DNA of 64,000 nucleotides from Antedon mediterranea (taxonomy: Eukaryota; Animalia; Echinodermata), in assembly GCF_964355755.1 (NCBI RefSeq), contig NC_092674.1, positions 16,306,001 to 16,370,000 on the forward strand. The letters run 5' to 3'. A program made the translations under genes and the position numbers. A model generated the notes under the pieces. It did no database searches. It saw nothing but the letters and a program-made list of their open reading frames with translations, and was not told the origin of the DNA. This document shows positions 12,501-24,006 of this stretch, piece by piece; positions within the stretch are counted from its first letter, which is position 1; every line of letters begins with the position of its first letter.

Positions 12501-14288
12501 CCTCTTAGTCAATAGTGTATTGTAATACCGCCTGTTAGTACTGAAGTTTGTATTAAGTGTGAAATTGTCCTTACATTGACAAATAACACTAGCATCCTCA
12601 TCGTGTCCACAATCGTGTACACTCATTCCATTACATTGTAAAATTACAATACAAGTTTAAAACATTTCTTTATTTACATGCATACTGTTATTAATCCTAG
12701 TTGAGTGTTAGTAGCAGCGGCAGTATATTATCAGGGCATCGGCAGCGGCAGTATATTATCAGGGCATCGGCAGCGGCAGTAGCAGTAGTAGTAGTAATAC
12801 ACGGTATTCTTGGAGTGAGGGGTAATAATATTCTGCCTTACAAATAAGTAAATAAATAGTTTGCGGAAAATGTTTACTAAAGCCAAAAAATGAAATTATT
12901 ATTAATTAATTGTATTAATTACTGCTATTATTTTTAAATTATAAAGTACGACAAATAGAAATCGTATGTGATAATAGGCATACAGAATGGAAGAGATGTC
13001 CGGCGATTAAAACCAGTCAAATCTTATAAAGTGTGACGTAACAATCGTATGTGATAATACGCATACAGAATAGAAGTGATGTCCGGCGATTCAAACCAGT
13101 CAAATCTTATAAAGTGTGACGTAACAATCGTATGTGATAAATAGGCATACATAATGGAAGAGATGTCCGGCGATTAAAACCAGTCAAATCTTATAAAGTG
13201 TGACGTAACAATCGTATGTGATAATACGCATACAGAATAGAAGTGATGTCCGGCGATTCAAACCAGTCAAATCTTATAAAGTGTGACGTAACAATCGTAT
13301 GTGATAATACGCATACAAAATGGAAGCGATGTCCGGTGATCAAAACCTGCCGAATGTTATAAAGTGTGATTGTTATAATAAAGTGTGACGCATACAGAAT
13401 TGAAGTGATGTCCGGCGATTAAAACCAGTCAAAACTAATAAAGTTTAGACAAAAATGTTATTAAAAACGATTATTTTTCCATATCGGGCCTCTCTTTATG
13501 GAAATCCAAAAAACACTTAAGCAAGATTTAATTTAGCATATAATGAGTTAGATGTTTGGGAAATATTCTGCAACAGTAACAATAATGATAAAATGTTATA
13601 TATTCTGGGAACTACAATAATACTTTAATGTGTTTTGACAAATTTAGGGAAAAGAAATGATCTTAAAACTGTACAGCTCGCAGAGAACATTGGTGCTGCA
13701 TTTTTCAGTTGTTGCTCCCCCAACATTGGCACCTTTTTCAAGCTTATTCGCGAATCGTTTCGGTTTGACGTTTGACGCGCGTGTAAAATGCTCAGTGGGA
13801 ACCGGTCTTAAGTGTGTGGATACATCGAAAGATGAACAAAATAGTGCAAAATATTAGTTCTTGAACAAATGGAAAAAACTCTCGCAATTTTACTATTTGT
13901 TCATTAAAAGGTAAACTATTGACAACATTAACTAAAGAATTTGATCACAGTACCGTATATAAAAAATCTAAAATGTATAGTTCGAAAAAATATTTTCATT
14001 TCATTTCAATAAAACATTATAGAACAATGTTGTAAAATAAGGATTAGCCACAAATTCTGAAAAGGTCATCAAATATTATAATGCCTTACAATATTATAAT
14101 ATCTATTAAAAATGATAAATATTAAGAGAAGTAATCATACCGGAATTTGAACCAACATCAGCACAACTAGAAAACGATAACTCCACCAATATTATTACCA
14201 CTTTAAAGACAAACATCTTTTTATGCAATTCAGTACCGTGATGTGCGTAGTAAACTTTATCTCCGAAAGTCATCTCAACGTTTGACAT
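457..14288 (-). CDS. Multi-exon extracellular LRR protein gene (signal peptide + LRRNT + at least 12 single-LRR exons); 3' end lies beyond the left edge of the window
   Basis: Exons 14288 (or 14216)-14141, 12136-11995, then 72-bp exons starting (plus coordinates) at 10203, 9334, 8335, 7678, 6684, 5945, 5036, 4382, 3139, 2481, 1653 and 457. All have AG/GT boundaries and compatible phases (1, then 2-2). Spliced product: MFVFKVVIILVELSFSSCADVGSNS-VGCPASCTCNVPTC...ITTL-(xLxxNQISTL[PQ]AN[AV]FAGLTALETL)n. Confidence 0.9.
1653..1724 (-). CDS. LRR exon 11: YLYGNQISTLQANVFAGLTALETL
   Basis: 72 bp, intact splice sites. Confidence 0.88.
2481..2552 (-). CDS. LRR exon 10: NLRYNQISTLPANAFAGLTALETL
   Basis: 72 bp, intact splice sites. 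Confidence 0.88.
3139..3210 (-). CDS. LRR exon 9: YLYGNQISTLQANAFAGLTALETL
   Basis: 72 bp, intact splice sites. Confidence 0.88.
4382..4453 (-). CDS. LRR exon 8: DLYSNQISTLQANVFAGLTALETL
   Basis: 72 bp, intact splice sites. Confidence 0.88.
5036..5107 (-). CDS. LRR exon 7: YLYGNQISTLQANAFAGLTALETL
   Basis: 72 bp, intact splice sites. Confidence 0.88.
5945..6016 (-). CDS. LRR exon 6: DLDNNKISTLPANAFVGLIALETL
   Basis: 72 bp, intact splice sites; most divergent copy. Confidence 0.88.
6684..6755 (-). CDS. LRR exon 5: NLRYNQISTLPANAFAGLTALETL
   Basis: 72 bp, intact splice sites. Confidence 0.88.
7678..7749 (-). CDS. LRR exon 4: DLYSNQISTLQANVFAGLTALETL
   Basis: 72 bp, intact splice sites. Confidence 0.88.
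8335..8406 (-). CDS. LRR exon 3: SLSRHQISTLPANAFAGLTALETL
   Basis: 72 bp, intact splice sites; conserved Asn replaced by His. Confidence 0.85.
9334..9405 (-). CDS. LRR exon 2: YLYSNQISTLPANVFAGLTALETL
   Basis: 72 bp, intact splice sites. Confidence 0.88.
10203..10274 (-). CDS. LRR exon 1: YLSYNQISTLPANAFAGLTALETL
   Basis: 72 bp, TTTTAAG acceptor and GTAAGT donor. Confidence 0.88.
11995..12136 (-). CDS. LRRNT (N-terminal cysteine cap) exon
   Basis: TATAG| ... |GTAAGT boundaries. 142 bp, phase 1-2. Encodes GCPASCTCNVPTCYSDDCYNNTRCNPWNANIHTELVKYNVYDPITTL. Confidence 0.88.
12961..13445. repeat. Minisatellite, ~84-bp unit, ~5.5 copies, in intron 1 of the LRR gene
   Basis: Repeated ATCGTATGTGATAATA.GCATACAGAAT.GAAG.GATGTCCGGCGATT.AAACCAGTCAAATCTTATAAAGTGTGACGTAACA. 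Confidence 0.92.
14141..14288 (-). CDS. First coding exon of the LRR gene (signal peptide; likely start at the second ATG, 14216)
   Basis: Hydrophobic MFVFKVVIILVELSFSSCA segment. Ends G|GTATG in phase 1, matching the LRRNT exon. Confidence 0.75.
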
Positions 14289-14490
14289 AATATTGTTTCT
14301 TTTAGTATTGTTGCAAAAGAGTTTTAAATAATTAATATAAATCAGTTCACCAGCTGTATTACTTTGCTTAGTGGTTGATATTAATATTTAATTGTTTTGT
14401 TGGAATAAGTAATTACATAGATTGAAGATAAACAGTAATGAATGTGAATTTACTATGTGTACTGTTATTATGAATATAATGTGACTATAT

Positions 14491-14703
14491 CAGGAGTATT
14501 AGTTAGACACTGGTAGTGTACTAACCCTTATTTACTTATGTATATAACAGGAGTATTAGTTAGACACTGGTAGTGTACTAACCCTTATTTACTTATGTAT
14601 ATAACAGGAGTATTAGTTAGACACTGGTAGTGTACTAACCCTTATTTACTTATGTATATAACAGGAGTATTAGTTAGACACTGGTAGTGTACTAACCCTT
14701 ATT
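14491..14703. repeat. Tandem repeat, 57-bp unit, ~3.7 copies, just upstream of the LRR gene start
   Basis: CAGGAGTATTAGTTAGACACTGGTAGTGTACTAACCCTTATTTACTTATGTATATAA repeated. Confidence 0.92.
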
Positions 14704-14715
14704 AATTTTTTTTTC

Positions 14716-14930
14716 AATCGAGTTCGAACAATACCATGAAAGCCCCAGTGGTCTAATGGTTAGGACATCTGCATATCAAGCAGGCGATCCGAGTTCGAGT
14801 CTCGGTTGGGGCGACTTTTTCTCATTCTCACAGATTTCCTCATCTTTATCGTTTCAAATTAATTAATTAAATTTCAGTATATCACCGGGCGGTTTAGAAT
14901 TAATGTTCATTGCCTGATGTGTGTATATAT
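14716..14930 (+). mobile_element. tRNA-derived SINE-like repeat (cloverleaf head 14742-14813); second degraded copy at ~15383-15560
   Basis: A box TGGTCTAATGG and B box GAGTTCGAGTC. Pairable acceptor, D, anticodon (ATC) and T arms. The flanks are shared by both copies and end in (AT)n. Confidence 0.7.
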
Positions 14931-14985
14931 ATAAACACAAGAGGCAAAGAACATTAATTCTAAACCGCCCGCTGATATACTGAAA

Positions 14986-15027
<42 letters not shown>

Positions 15028-15097
15028 CTTTCAGTATATCACCGGGCGGTTTAGAATTAATGTTCATTGCCTGATGTGTTTATATATATACACACTT

Positions 15098-15134
15098 GCA
15101 CTGATGAAGGGCTAGTGTTGCCCGAAAGCTCTGC
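15098..15134 (+). ncRNA. Minimal type-I hammerhead ribozyme motif (Penelope-like retroelement type)
   Basis: GCA-CTGATGA-aGGGC-tagtgtt-GCCC-GAAA-GCTC-TGC: core boxes, stem II, short palindromic stem III, 3-bp stem I. Confidence 0.6.
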
Positions 15135-17840
15135 TAACTTTTCTGGCTGTTTACTTTATCGTTTTGATTTAGCTTTTCGCTTTTTATTTTTGTATCTCCA
15201 TTGAGATCCAGCCACTGATACCCACAGCATTGTCATTTTTTTCAGTTATTTGCCTTTGGATTTATATATATTTTGATATATACATCTATTGATCTCTATT
15301 GATCTCTGGTGTGCGTGCGTACAACTGAGGGACTAGTGTTGTTCCACCGTACCACGCCGAGAATGTTAAAGAGTCGCTATCCAATCGAGTTTGAACAATA
15401 CCATGAAAGCCCTAGTGGCCATATCAAGCAGAAGGTTCCGGGTTCGAGTTGGGGCAACTTTTTCTCATTCTAACAGATTTCCTCATCTTATCGTTTCAAA
15501 TGAATTAATTAAATTTCAGTACCGGGCGGTTTAGAATTTATTCTGTGCCTGTGTTGTTTATATATACGTATAAACATATACATATTATGTATATGAAGAG
15601 AAGGACACACCACACCAAAGAGAGAAAATACATAATAACTAGTTATACCAAAAAAAGGGTCGACATTTTGTCATTTTTCGAAATTTTTTTAAAGAAAAAT
15701 GACCAAAATATCGACCTTTTAAAATTAAATTATTATGAAATAATATTGCCATATATGCACATATTGCGTTATCATCATCTTATAGAGTCATAGTAACTAG
15801 TTATGTCAAAAAAGAAAAGGGTCGAAATTTGGTCACTTTTCGAAAATTTCCCTGTACTATAAGTTTATAGGGGTTTTTTTTTTTTAATATTGCCATATAT
15901 GCACATATTGCGTTATCATCATCTTATAGAGTCATAGTAACCAGTTATGTCACAAAATCACCCAAACATGACCTTTTTAAAATTAATTTAATATGTTCTA
16001 ATATTGCTATATATGCATGTATATTTCCAGACTTTCAAGACTTTTTCTCAAAGCAGAAAAAGGTTGAAATTGTATGCGATTCTACTCATGTCAATGCAAT
16101 GTCAAAAAGTCAGTTTCTCGAAAATTTCTATACTATAGTAAAGTTTTTTAAACATAATATAATACGGTACTATAAGGCGCATATTACAAAAATATTATGG
16201 CATAATTTAATTTTTTAATTTCAACCTTTTTGTTTAGTTGACATAATTAATATGACTCCATAAGACAATGATAACTTAATATTATGTGCATATAGTACTA
16301 TTATATTATCGCTTTTTTCCTTCCAAAGAGGCCTACCTGAAATGTTTAATTGCCAAATTTCGTCAAACAAAATGTAATATTCGTTACAAAAAAATGACGT
16401 CATTTTACCGGTAACCCTGATTTGCAATACATACTAGGGCTGATCAAAATCGGTTTCCAATCATAATAACCAGATTAAGATTAGTCGACTATTGGTTCAC
16501 ACTAGAGGCGCACAGCAAGCGAGTTAACAAGCGTCAGTTCGAATAATCCATCGCTTGTGATTGGTCAAATCACTTATGTTGCGTTACGTACTTGTGTCTC
16601 GACTTGGGAACCAAGATCGCGCTATCAGATCGATAATTTCTTACATAGACTGACACGATTTGTTAGCTCCCGATAACAACTCTAGCGTGAACCATGACTT
16701 CATAACAATTTCTAGCGTGAACCAGGACTACAAAAACACCTCTGCTCAATTGTCTTATTCAGATAAATCAGTAGTCATATGTCTACAAAAGATGAAGGCA
16801 TAACAACCATGTTTGAACATATAGTCTATTGTATAAGTGGTACACATACATATAAACACGGATAGAGTTCAACATATCATGCAATACTATTATACTAAAC
16901 ATGTTTATAGTCTTAGTACAGTAATATTATACATTTATAATTATATATTATTATAATAAACAAAAATATATAACAAAAATAAAAATATAGGACCGAAGGA
17001 AAAATTGATAATTTTCTTTATACATAAGTTTCATAAACAAATAATTGTTTGTAACCCGTCTATTGCTCGTTACAAAACTGTTAATTATTCTACAATTATG
17101 AATCAGTTACTAATTAATATGGGGTCACGTGGGGTCATATTGAGCACATATGGTCAGTATTGTAGGTGGCAAAGTATTTGGTTCATGTTTTAAAAAACAA
17201 TGGCAGGAATTAAACAAGAAATATGAAGAATCAGAAATAAATAAAATAAAGATTTTCGGAATTACTTTAAAAAAAATGAAAATTTCCTAAAATGTGTTTA
17301 TACTATGACCATAAAAAAAAAAAAAAAACAACTGTATGAGAGACGTTGGCTATTCCTTATTTTATTTAATGTATATACATAAAGTATAACCCCCCTCCTT
17401 TGGGACACCTCTATTTAGGGGACACCCCTAATTAAAGGGGCACTTTCTTGGGTCCTATGGTTGTCCCTTTAATATTGTAATTAAACTATTTAATTTGTTA
17501 TGAAATACAAATTTATCAAATGTATGTATCTCTTTAATTTTAATTTCATTTTAATATGAAATACAAATTAATTAAATAAATGTATTTATGTTTTAGTTTT
17601 ACTCTTTCATTTATTATGAAATACATATTTGTTGTATGTATTCATATTTCCATTTCACAATGTATCGTGTTAGCATCATAGTATAAACACACGGATAATT
17701 TGTTGATCTAAACCAACATTTTATATAACATATTATATAATATACAATGTAATTCACATCTCCAGATAAAAAATATAAACTCACTTTCTACAGAATTACT
17801 AGCATGATCGACAACAGGAGGATTTCTCTCAGATATTTAA

Positions 17841-18388
17841 AGATGTATTGTCCCTTTGACTAATTTCAAAAAAATAAAAAATAAAAGATTTGGAAAAAAG
17901 GTGGGTCATTTTGAAGTATCATAATAGTTATTAACTATCACCAAAAAATTTTCGAAAAAAAAAAAAATTTAACTGAAATACAGACGTTTTTTTGTTAAAA
18001 AAATAACTTTGACTTCCAGTCAAAGTTTTCAATCAAAACATATCCCATAATGAAACGCGCTTGTTTGGCTACTCTGTATGCATAATCATAAAACTTCCTC
18101 ATGATCTGTGTGAAAATACCTTCTTAACCGTGACGGGTTGTAAACAATCCTAATTTAGCATATGCATAATGCGTACTCATGGTTTGAAATCTTTGTTTAC
18201 TTTCGCTCGTGACGATTTTCCAGATGAAATGTAATCAAACTAATTTACCTGTTAATTACGTAAACTTGTTGTTTTTGGCTCAAATTTTCGACTTAAAGTG
18301 AATAACTTTAATATTACTTAGATATGGCCACTTTAAATTTAGAATATTTTGACCTTCATTTTTTTGTGTTTCAAGGGACAATACATCT
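17841..18388. mobile_element. Non-autonomous DNA transposon (Kolobok-type MITE)
   Basis: TIRs AGATGTATTGTCCCTT / AAGGGACAATACATCT, flanked by TTAA on both sides. Confidence 0.8.
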
Positions 18389-18898
18389 TTAAACAACTCA
18401 ATTACAATTTTAATTGTTTACATTAAATTAATTGTAACTCTATCCATATAAAATGATTTAATATATGTTGTTTCAAGATATATTTCCTCCTCTGAAAATG
18501 TGTCAGGAAAACAATGATTTTGGGTGACAATTACAATTTTTATAATTCATTGGTAACAAATATTATTAACTAAAAACCATTTTGATACATCCTGTAAATT
18601 ATGATATTTCTGATATTTTTAATGTCGCTATGATTAAATATCTTTATATTTTCTTCTTTTTCAGATGAATATGTTTAGTTCTTAAAAGAGCTAACATGAT
18701 ATATCTTGATTTGCCAGTTAGCTTCACAGATTTCCCTGCAAATATAAAAAAAAAGTATAGCAGAAATAAATTTATTTCTCACTTTATCAAAATTGAATCA
18801 AAGATTTTATACAAATAAAGGCATCTACAGCATATAATAATTGGTAAATAATTGCTTAAAAATAAATAAAATTGTCAATTTTAATAAAAAAATCTTTT

Positions 18899-19390
18899 TG
18901 TGGCACATACTCGACTGCGGCGCTTACTGAACTGTGGCGCTTACTGGACTGCGTCGCTTACTGGACGGTGGGACTTTGTGGATTGTGGCGTTTACTGGAC
19001 TGCGGCGCTTACTGGACTGTGGTGCTTATTAGACTGTGGCGCTTACTGGACGGTGGCACTTTGTGGATTGTGGCGTTTACTGGACTGCGGCGCTTACTGG
19101 ACGGTGGCGCTTACTAGACTGTGGCGCTTACTGGACGGTGGCACTTTGTGGATTTTGGCGTTTACTTGACTGTGGCGCTTACTTGTGTGGTGCGTACTGG
19201 ACTGAGGCGCTTACTGGACTGTTGCGCTTACTAGACTGCGGCGCTTACTGGACTGCGGCGCTTACTGGACTGCGGCGCTTATTAGACTGCGGCGCTTACT
19301 GGACGGTGGCGCTTACTAGACTGTGGCGCTTACTGGACGGTGGCACTTTGTGGACTGCAGAGCTTACTGTGGCGCTTTGTGGATTGTGGA
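18899..19390. repeat. GC-rich minisatellite, 17-bp unit (GACTGCGGCGCTTACTG)
   Basis: Directly visible; explains the repetitive ORFs in three frames. Confidence 0.93.
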
Positions 19391-20395
19391 TGACTACTTA
19401 CAAATGGATCTGTATTTTGCTGTGTTGGTGGTCTATGTATTTGCTGTGGTCCTGTTGCATTGTATGCCATACCTGTTCTCATTCCCTAAAATAAAGAAGT
19501 ATTCAACACTTGTTATATATATATTGATTACTTATGTCCCGTTCAAACTAACACACATTTTTGTCCGCACTGTTCCGCATTCAGTGTGTGTCATTTAATG
19601 TTGTCACAAATATTTTACGCATCGTACCCTAGGTCACATGGTCTGCATGGGCAATCTATTACCTAAAAAACCAGCGTAAATTATGCACAAATTATTATCA
19701 CCCATGTCGTGAAATGCGTGTCATTTCCCACAATAACATCTGAGACAACAATCAATTGATTGTTGTCTCAGATAACATGCACGGCTGCAACCATGGTGCG
19801 CATCATTGCACAGTTCAGGAATATGGATGCAGGCGCAAATATTCAGTAATGTTGAACATTTGTGCATGCATTACATGCAATGTCCCTCAAATTTCCGCAA
19901 AATGGTACACATGATTCCCACATTGTAATGAATTCAATGCGGGGCAGTGCAGGACCAATATTCGTGTCAACATAGTTTTACTTTATAAAATCATGAACAT
20001 TCTTTGTATAAATATATCTATTTTGTTATATTGAATTGATTGGTATTGACAAACTTTTCTTAATCGTTAATTCTCAACAGAGTTTATTCAATAACGAACG
20101 AAGGCTTTTGAATTATTATAATTATTCATTTGTTTACCTTAACATACCATATATTAATTTAGTTTTGTTATTGTTATTGACAGACCTTTCTTAATCGTTC
20201 TCAACAGAGTTTATTCAATAACGAACGAAGGCTTTTGAATCATTTTAACTTTATTGTACAAATACATTTACATGACAAAAGGATCATAGGAAATAAGCTA
20301 AATATTAATTATTATTATTTGTTATATTTTCAAAACTGTGAATTCAGAACTTATGTAGGAAATGAGACATACCATTTGTTGATTAGATGCCACAA

Positions 20396-21036
20396 CAGGC
20401 CCGTAGCCAGGGGGGGTTTTTATGGTTCGGGCGAACCCGCCCTTTACAGCGAACCCCCTTAACCAACTGCGAACCCCCATCCTCGACATGCCCAATACCT
20501 CACCCTCATCTCCAAAAATCCTCCAAATACGTGCCCCACAGTACAAAAAGTTGTTTGTAAATTGAAAAATTCGTAAACTTGTTCGTGAACCTTCTTTTCT
20601 GTATGAGCGTCAACTAGTGATACGTGTCTGTAAATTTCTAAAAGCTGCAAATGAATTGCCGATTTTAACCTGAAAAATAAATGTTTGGTCCCTGCATGTA
20701 ACATGATATTGACGCGTCTCATAGCGAGCTGGCGCACGAACGATTCGTACAAAGGACACTGTCAGACAACTGCGTACTTATAATTGTTTAGATCACTGGC
20801 AGTCAGGCAGCATGCATAAAGTATATAGCCTTCCGACGTACATCAGTATTTATGTGTGACTATGAAGTATAATGTATCATAGAGGATTATAGTGAATATT
20901 AATATTTTACACTATAATATCTATGGTATCAAGTACTGTAGTTCACATTATGGCATCCGATTATTTTGAGAGTTGACCCAAATATTTAGTGTCCGAACCC
21001 CCCCCCCCCCCTTGACAGATCCTGGCTACGGCCCTG
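20396..21036. mobile_element. Non-autonomous hAT-like MITE with 5-bp target duplication
   Basis: TIRs CAGGCCCGTAGCCAGG / CCTGGCTACGGCCCTG, with CACAA on both sides. Confidence 0.8.
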
Positions 21037-21969
21037 CACAATCTGTCCAGAAAAAGCTCCTGATCTCCAATCAGCTGGCTGACCTCCCTGCAACAACAAT
21101 GGAACATACCAAATACTAGTAAACTAATTTTGATTAAAAAACAAACTGAAAGTAATTGTAACAATAGAAGCACTTAGTAGAATATAAAGTAGTTGTTGTG
21201 GTAGATGACTAGTAATTTTATTTTACATGATGTTAAATGGTTTAGTAAACATTAAAATATTAATTAAAAAATATTTTTTAGTAACATTATCATTATATCA
21301 TATTGCCTTTTCATATTCAGTACTGGATTTTCATCTACAAAATGTAAAATAAAAAGTAATAGAATATGCTCAAATATTTCACTAAAATCATAGTTATCAC
21401 TTCTTTGAACTAATATTAACATCAATTCCATATTACAAGGAAAGTTTAAAAGTACAGTAAAAAAAAAAGATTATTTTCAAGGCTTAACTAATTATTATAT
21501 TCGACACAAAATTAATATGATCACACACAATAACTGAAAAAAATGATTAAAATAACTCTTAATACACAATATGTGCAGATACTGCTGAGGAATGAGAATA
21601 GGTCCATCCCTTCTATGCACTATATAGAGGTAATATTTAACTAGTAGTTTGCACAGTTGAAAAGAGTCCATTTCTCAACAAGAGAGGCACACAAATAATA
21701 CTATTTTAGAAGAATGTTTTCACCCACCTCACATCAAAGAACTTTAAATATTTGACAACTAACAACTTTATAAACATTTAAGAACATTAGGAAAGAAATT
21801 TTAAAAAAAAGAAAAATAAATTATATTTAAAAAAAAATCATAATTATAGCACAAAAATAAACACACAATTTAATATATGTGCAGTTGATACAATATACCA
21901 TACAATGTACTAGAAGTTAAAAAACACAAGGAAAAAATAGAAATTGTTGCAAATATAAAACGGTTTTAA

Positions 21970-22552
21970 AGGCCAGGTGCGGGCAAAAAATTTCTATTGA
22001 TCATACATTCCAATAATTATCGATCTACAGTTTCCCCTATGTTTCATAATTTTTGGGATTTTATTTGTGTTACACGAGCTTGTTGAAAATAAGCACTTTC
22101 TTATCAGTGGGGGGATAGTTCAAATTATAGTAAAATCTCTATTCTTTTGTACACAAATTTTGTAAATAGAGAGGCATTTTAAAAAGGTATGAAAAATAAA
22201 TGGTGTGGTAAAAAATGTTATCAGATATATAGGTAATATAACTTGAATATTACATTTCAACATACATTCAACTTCAGATTTTTATTTTCATGCTATAGCA
22301 AAAATTATCCACCGTATATCCACCATCTTTTTTCACCGTCTAGGGAGTCACCAGACATGTTATTACATTAGGTTAACTACCTAACTACTGAAAAAAAGTC
22401 TTCCTGGTTTTTATGGAAGAATTTTGCCAAATTTTGTATTTGACCACATTAAGGGAAATTCATGTTTTTTCGTCTCGATTTCTGTTACAAATATTTGATT
22501 TATGTACAATTAACCAAATATTATATTTAAAATTCATGCCTGTACCTGAGCT
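21970..22552. mobile_element. Kolobok-type MITE; one-ended copies also lie in three introns of the LRR array
   Basis: TTAA on both sides, imperfect TIRs AGGCCAGGTGCGGGCA / TGCCTGTACCTGAGCT. 22190-22552 is the reverse complement of the blocks at ~2734-3110, ~4635-5010 and ~7931-8310. Confidence 0.75.
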
Positions 22553-22640
22553 TTAAAGTGACATGCTAAAATCCTAAAAATAAAACCCTTAATGCAAAAT
22601 TGAACAATAATTTTGAATTATTAATATTAATATCATACAA

Positions 22641-22792
22641 TTGGTTCCTACTTGGATGCAACGCAAGTACGTGAGCACAACATATGTAATTTGACCAATC
22701 ACGATGCAATGGATCATCCAAACTGTCGCTTGTGATTGGTCAACTCACTTGCGTTGTTCTCACATTCTTGCGTTACGTCCTAGTGGAACCAG
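22641..22792. mobile_element. Small palindromic MITE (related copy at ~16492-16725)
   Basis: TGGTTCC.ACT...AGTGGAACCA ends and internal inverted TTGACCAATCAC / GTGATTGGTCAA. Confidence 0.55.
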
Positions 22793-23563
22793 CTTTTAGG
22801 TCTAAACCTATACTTTATGATTATTATTTAGGCTTTTTTTACTCTATTATGTCATTACATTCCAAACTAACTACCAGATTTCTGACATTATCATTTGTAA
22901 ATAAACTTTAAAATTTGTTTTAGTCATGTTTGGAAGATTTGATTGAACAAAAACTTATATTACATCTTTAAAAATATAAAGTAGTTTTTTTTTTTATATG
23001 GAATAATAACTTTATTAAAACTGTAAAAACTAAAATGGCCTATTAAAAGTCTGATTTTATAAATCTTCTTTTTTCTTGATTTTCAAGAAAAACACATCTT
23101 TAAAAAAAGTTGTAGCTTAAATTGCATTTTTCATTTACACAAGTAAAAATAAGAATTTTAATTATATAAATATTGTTTAATTTCGTTTTTTTATTGTTAT
23201 TAACAGACCTTTCTTAATCGTTAATTCTCAACAGAGTTTATTCAATAACGAACGAAGGCTTTTGAATTATTATAATTAGTCCATTGTTTACCTTAACATG
23301 TCATAATTCATAATTATTATCCTAGCAGTATCTTCATTGCAGTACTTTGATTAATATGAATTAACAAACGCTTTCCTGGTAGCTGCATAAATTATTTACA
23401 GGGTGCTTTTAGCCATATGATAATACACATCCGTTGCTGTGATAGCAATCAATGCAAGCCACATCAAGATCTGAACTTTACATTTCCAACAAAGTCTAGT
23501 AGTTTATTTGATCAAAATAAAACAATGTAAATTTGAAAATTAGATTCTCCAGACTGTAATTAA

Positions 23564-24006
23564 AGACACTAGCCCTGCGTTTCTTTGACCTAATTTAAGG
23601 TTACACACTATACACACATATTATATGGACCTATTGCGATATTTCTTCGTCTTTAAACGGTTAAAAATGTGAAAAATAAGTCGATTCTAATAATTTTAGC
23701 GGTCCGTTATAAATCCAAATATATATCGCGCACGGATTGATATTTCCATATTTTTATGTAATGCACCCACTTCGACCGATCGAATGAAAGGGTGACCAAA
23801 TAAAAGAACCGTAACTTTTCAGCGAAAATACCAAGTCTTCTCCAATTTATTTTAACAGATTCTGGCAAAAAAGCTACTAAAGGTACAATTCATAGTGCAT
23901 TGTTTTTTCACTTCACCCACATTTAAGACAAGAAATGACCTGGTTTAATGTTTTTAAAGTTATGCATTATTTTTACAAAAAGTCAAAAATTGCAGGTCTA
24001 GTGTCT
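23564..24006. mobile_element. Kolobok-type MITE
   Basis: TIRs AGACACTAG.CCTGC / GCAGGTCTAGTGTCT, with TTAA duplication. Confidence 0.8.

Noticed and set aside
14742-14813. Functional tRNA-Asp gene
   Set aside because: ATC anticodon, atypical A at position 32, and embedded in a repeat with a second degraded copy; better explained as a SINE head.
18872-19598. ORFs with LRR-like LRRLLD / CGAYWT repeats
   Set aside because: Produced by a 17-bp minisatellite read in all three frames.
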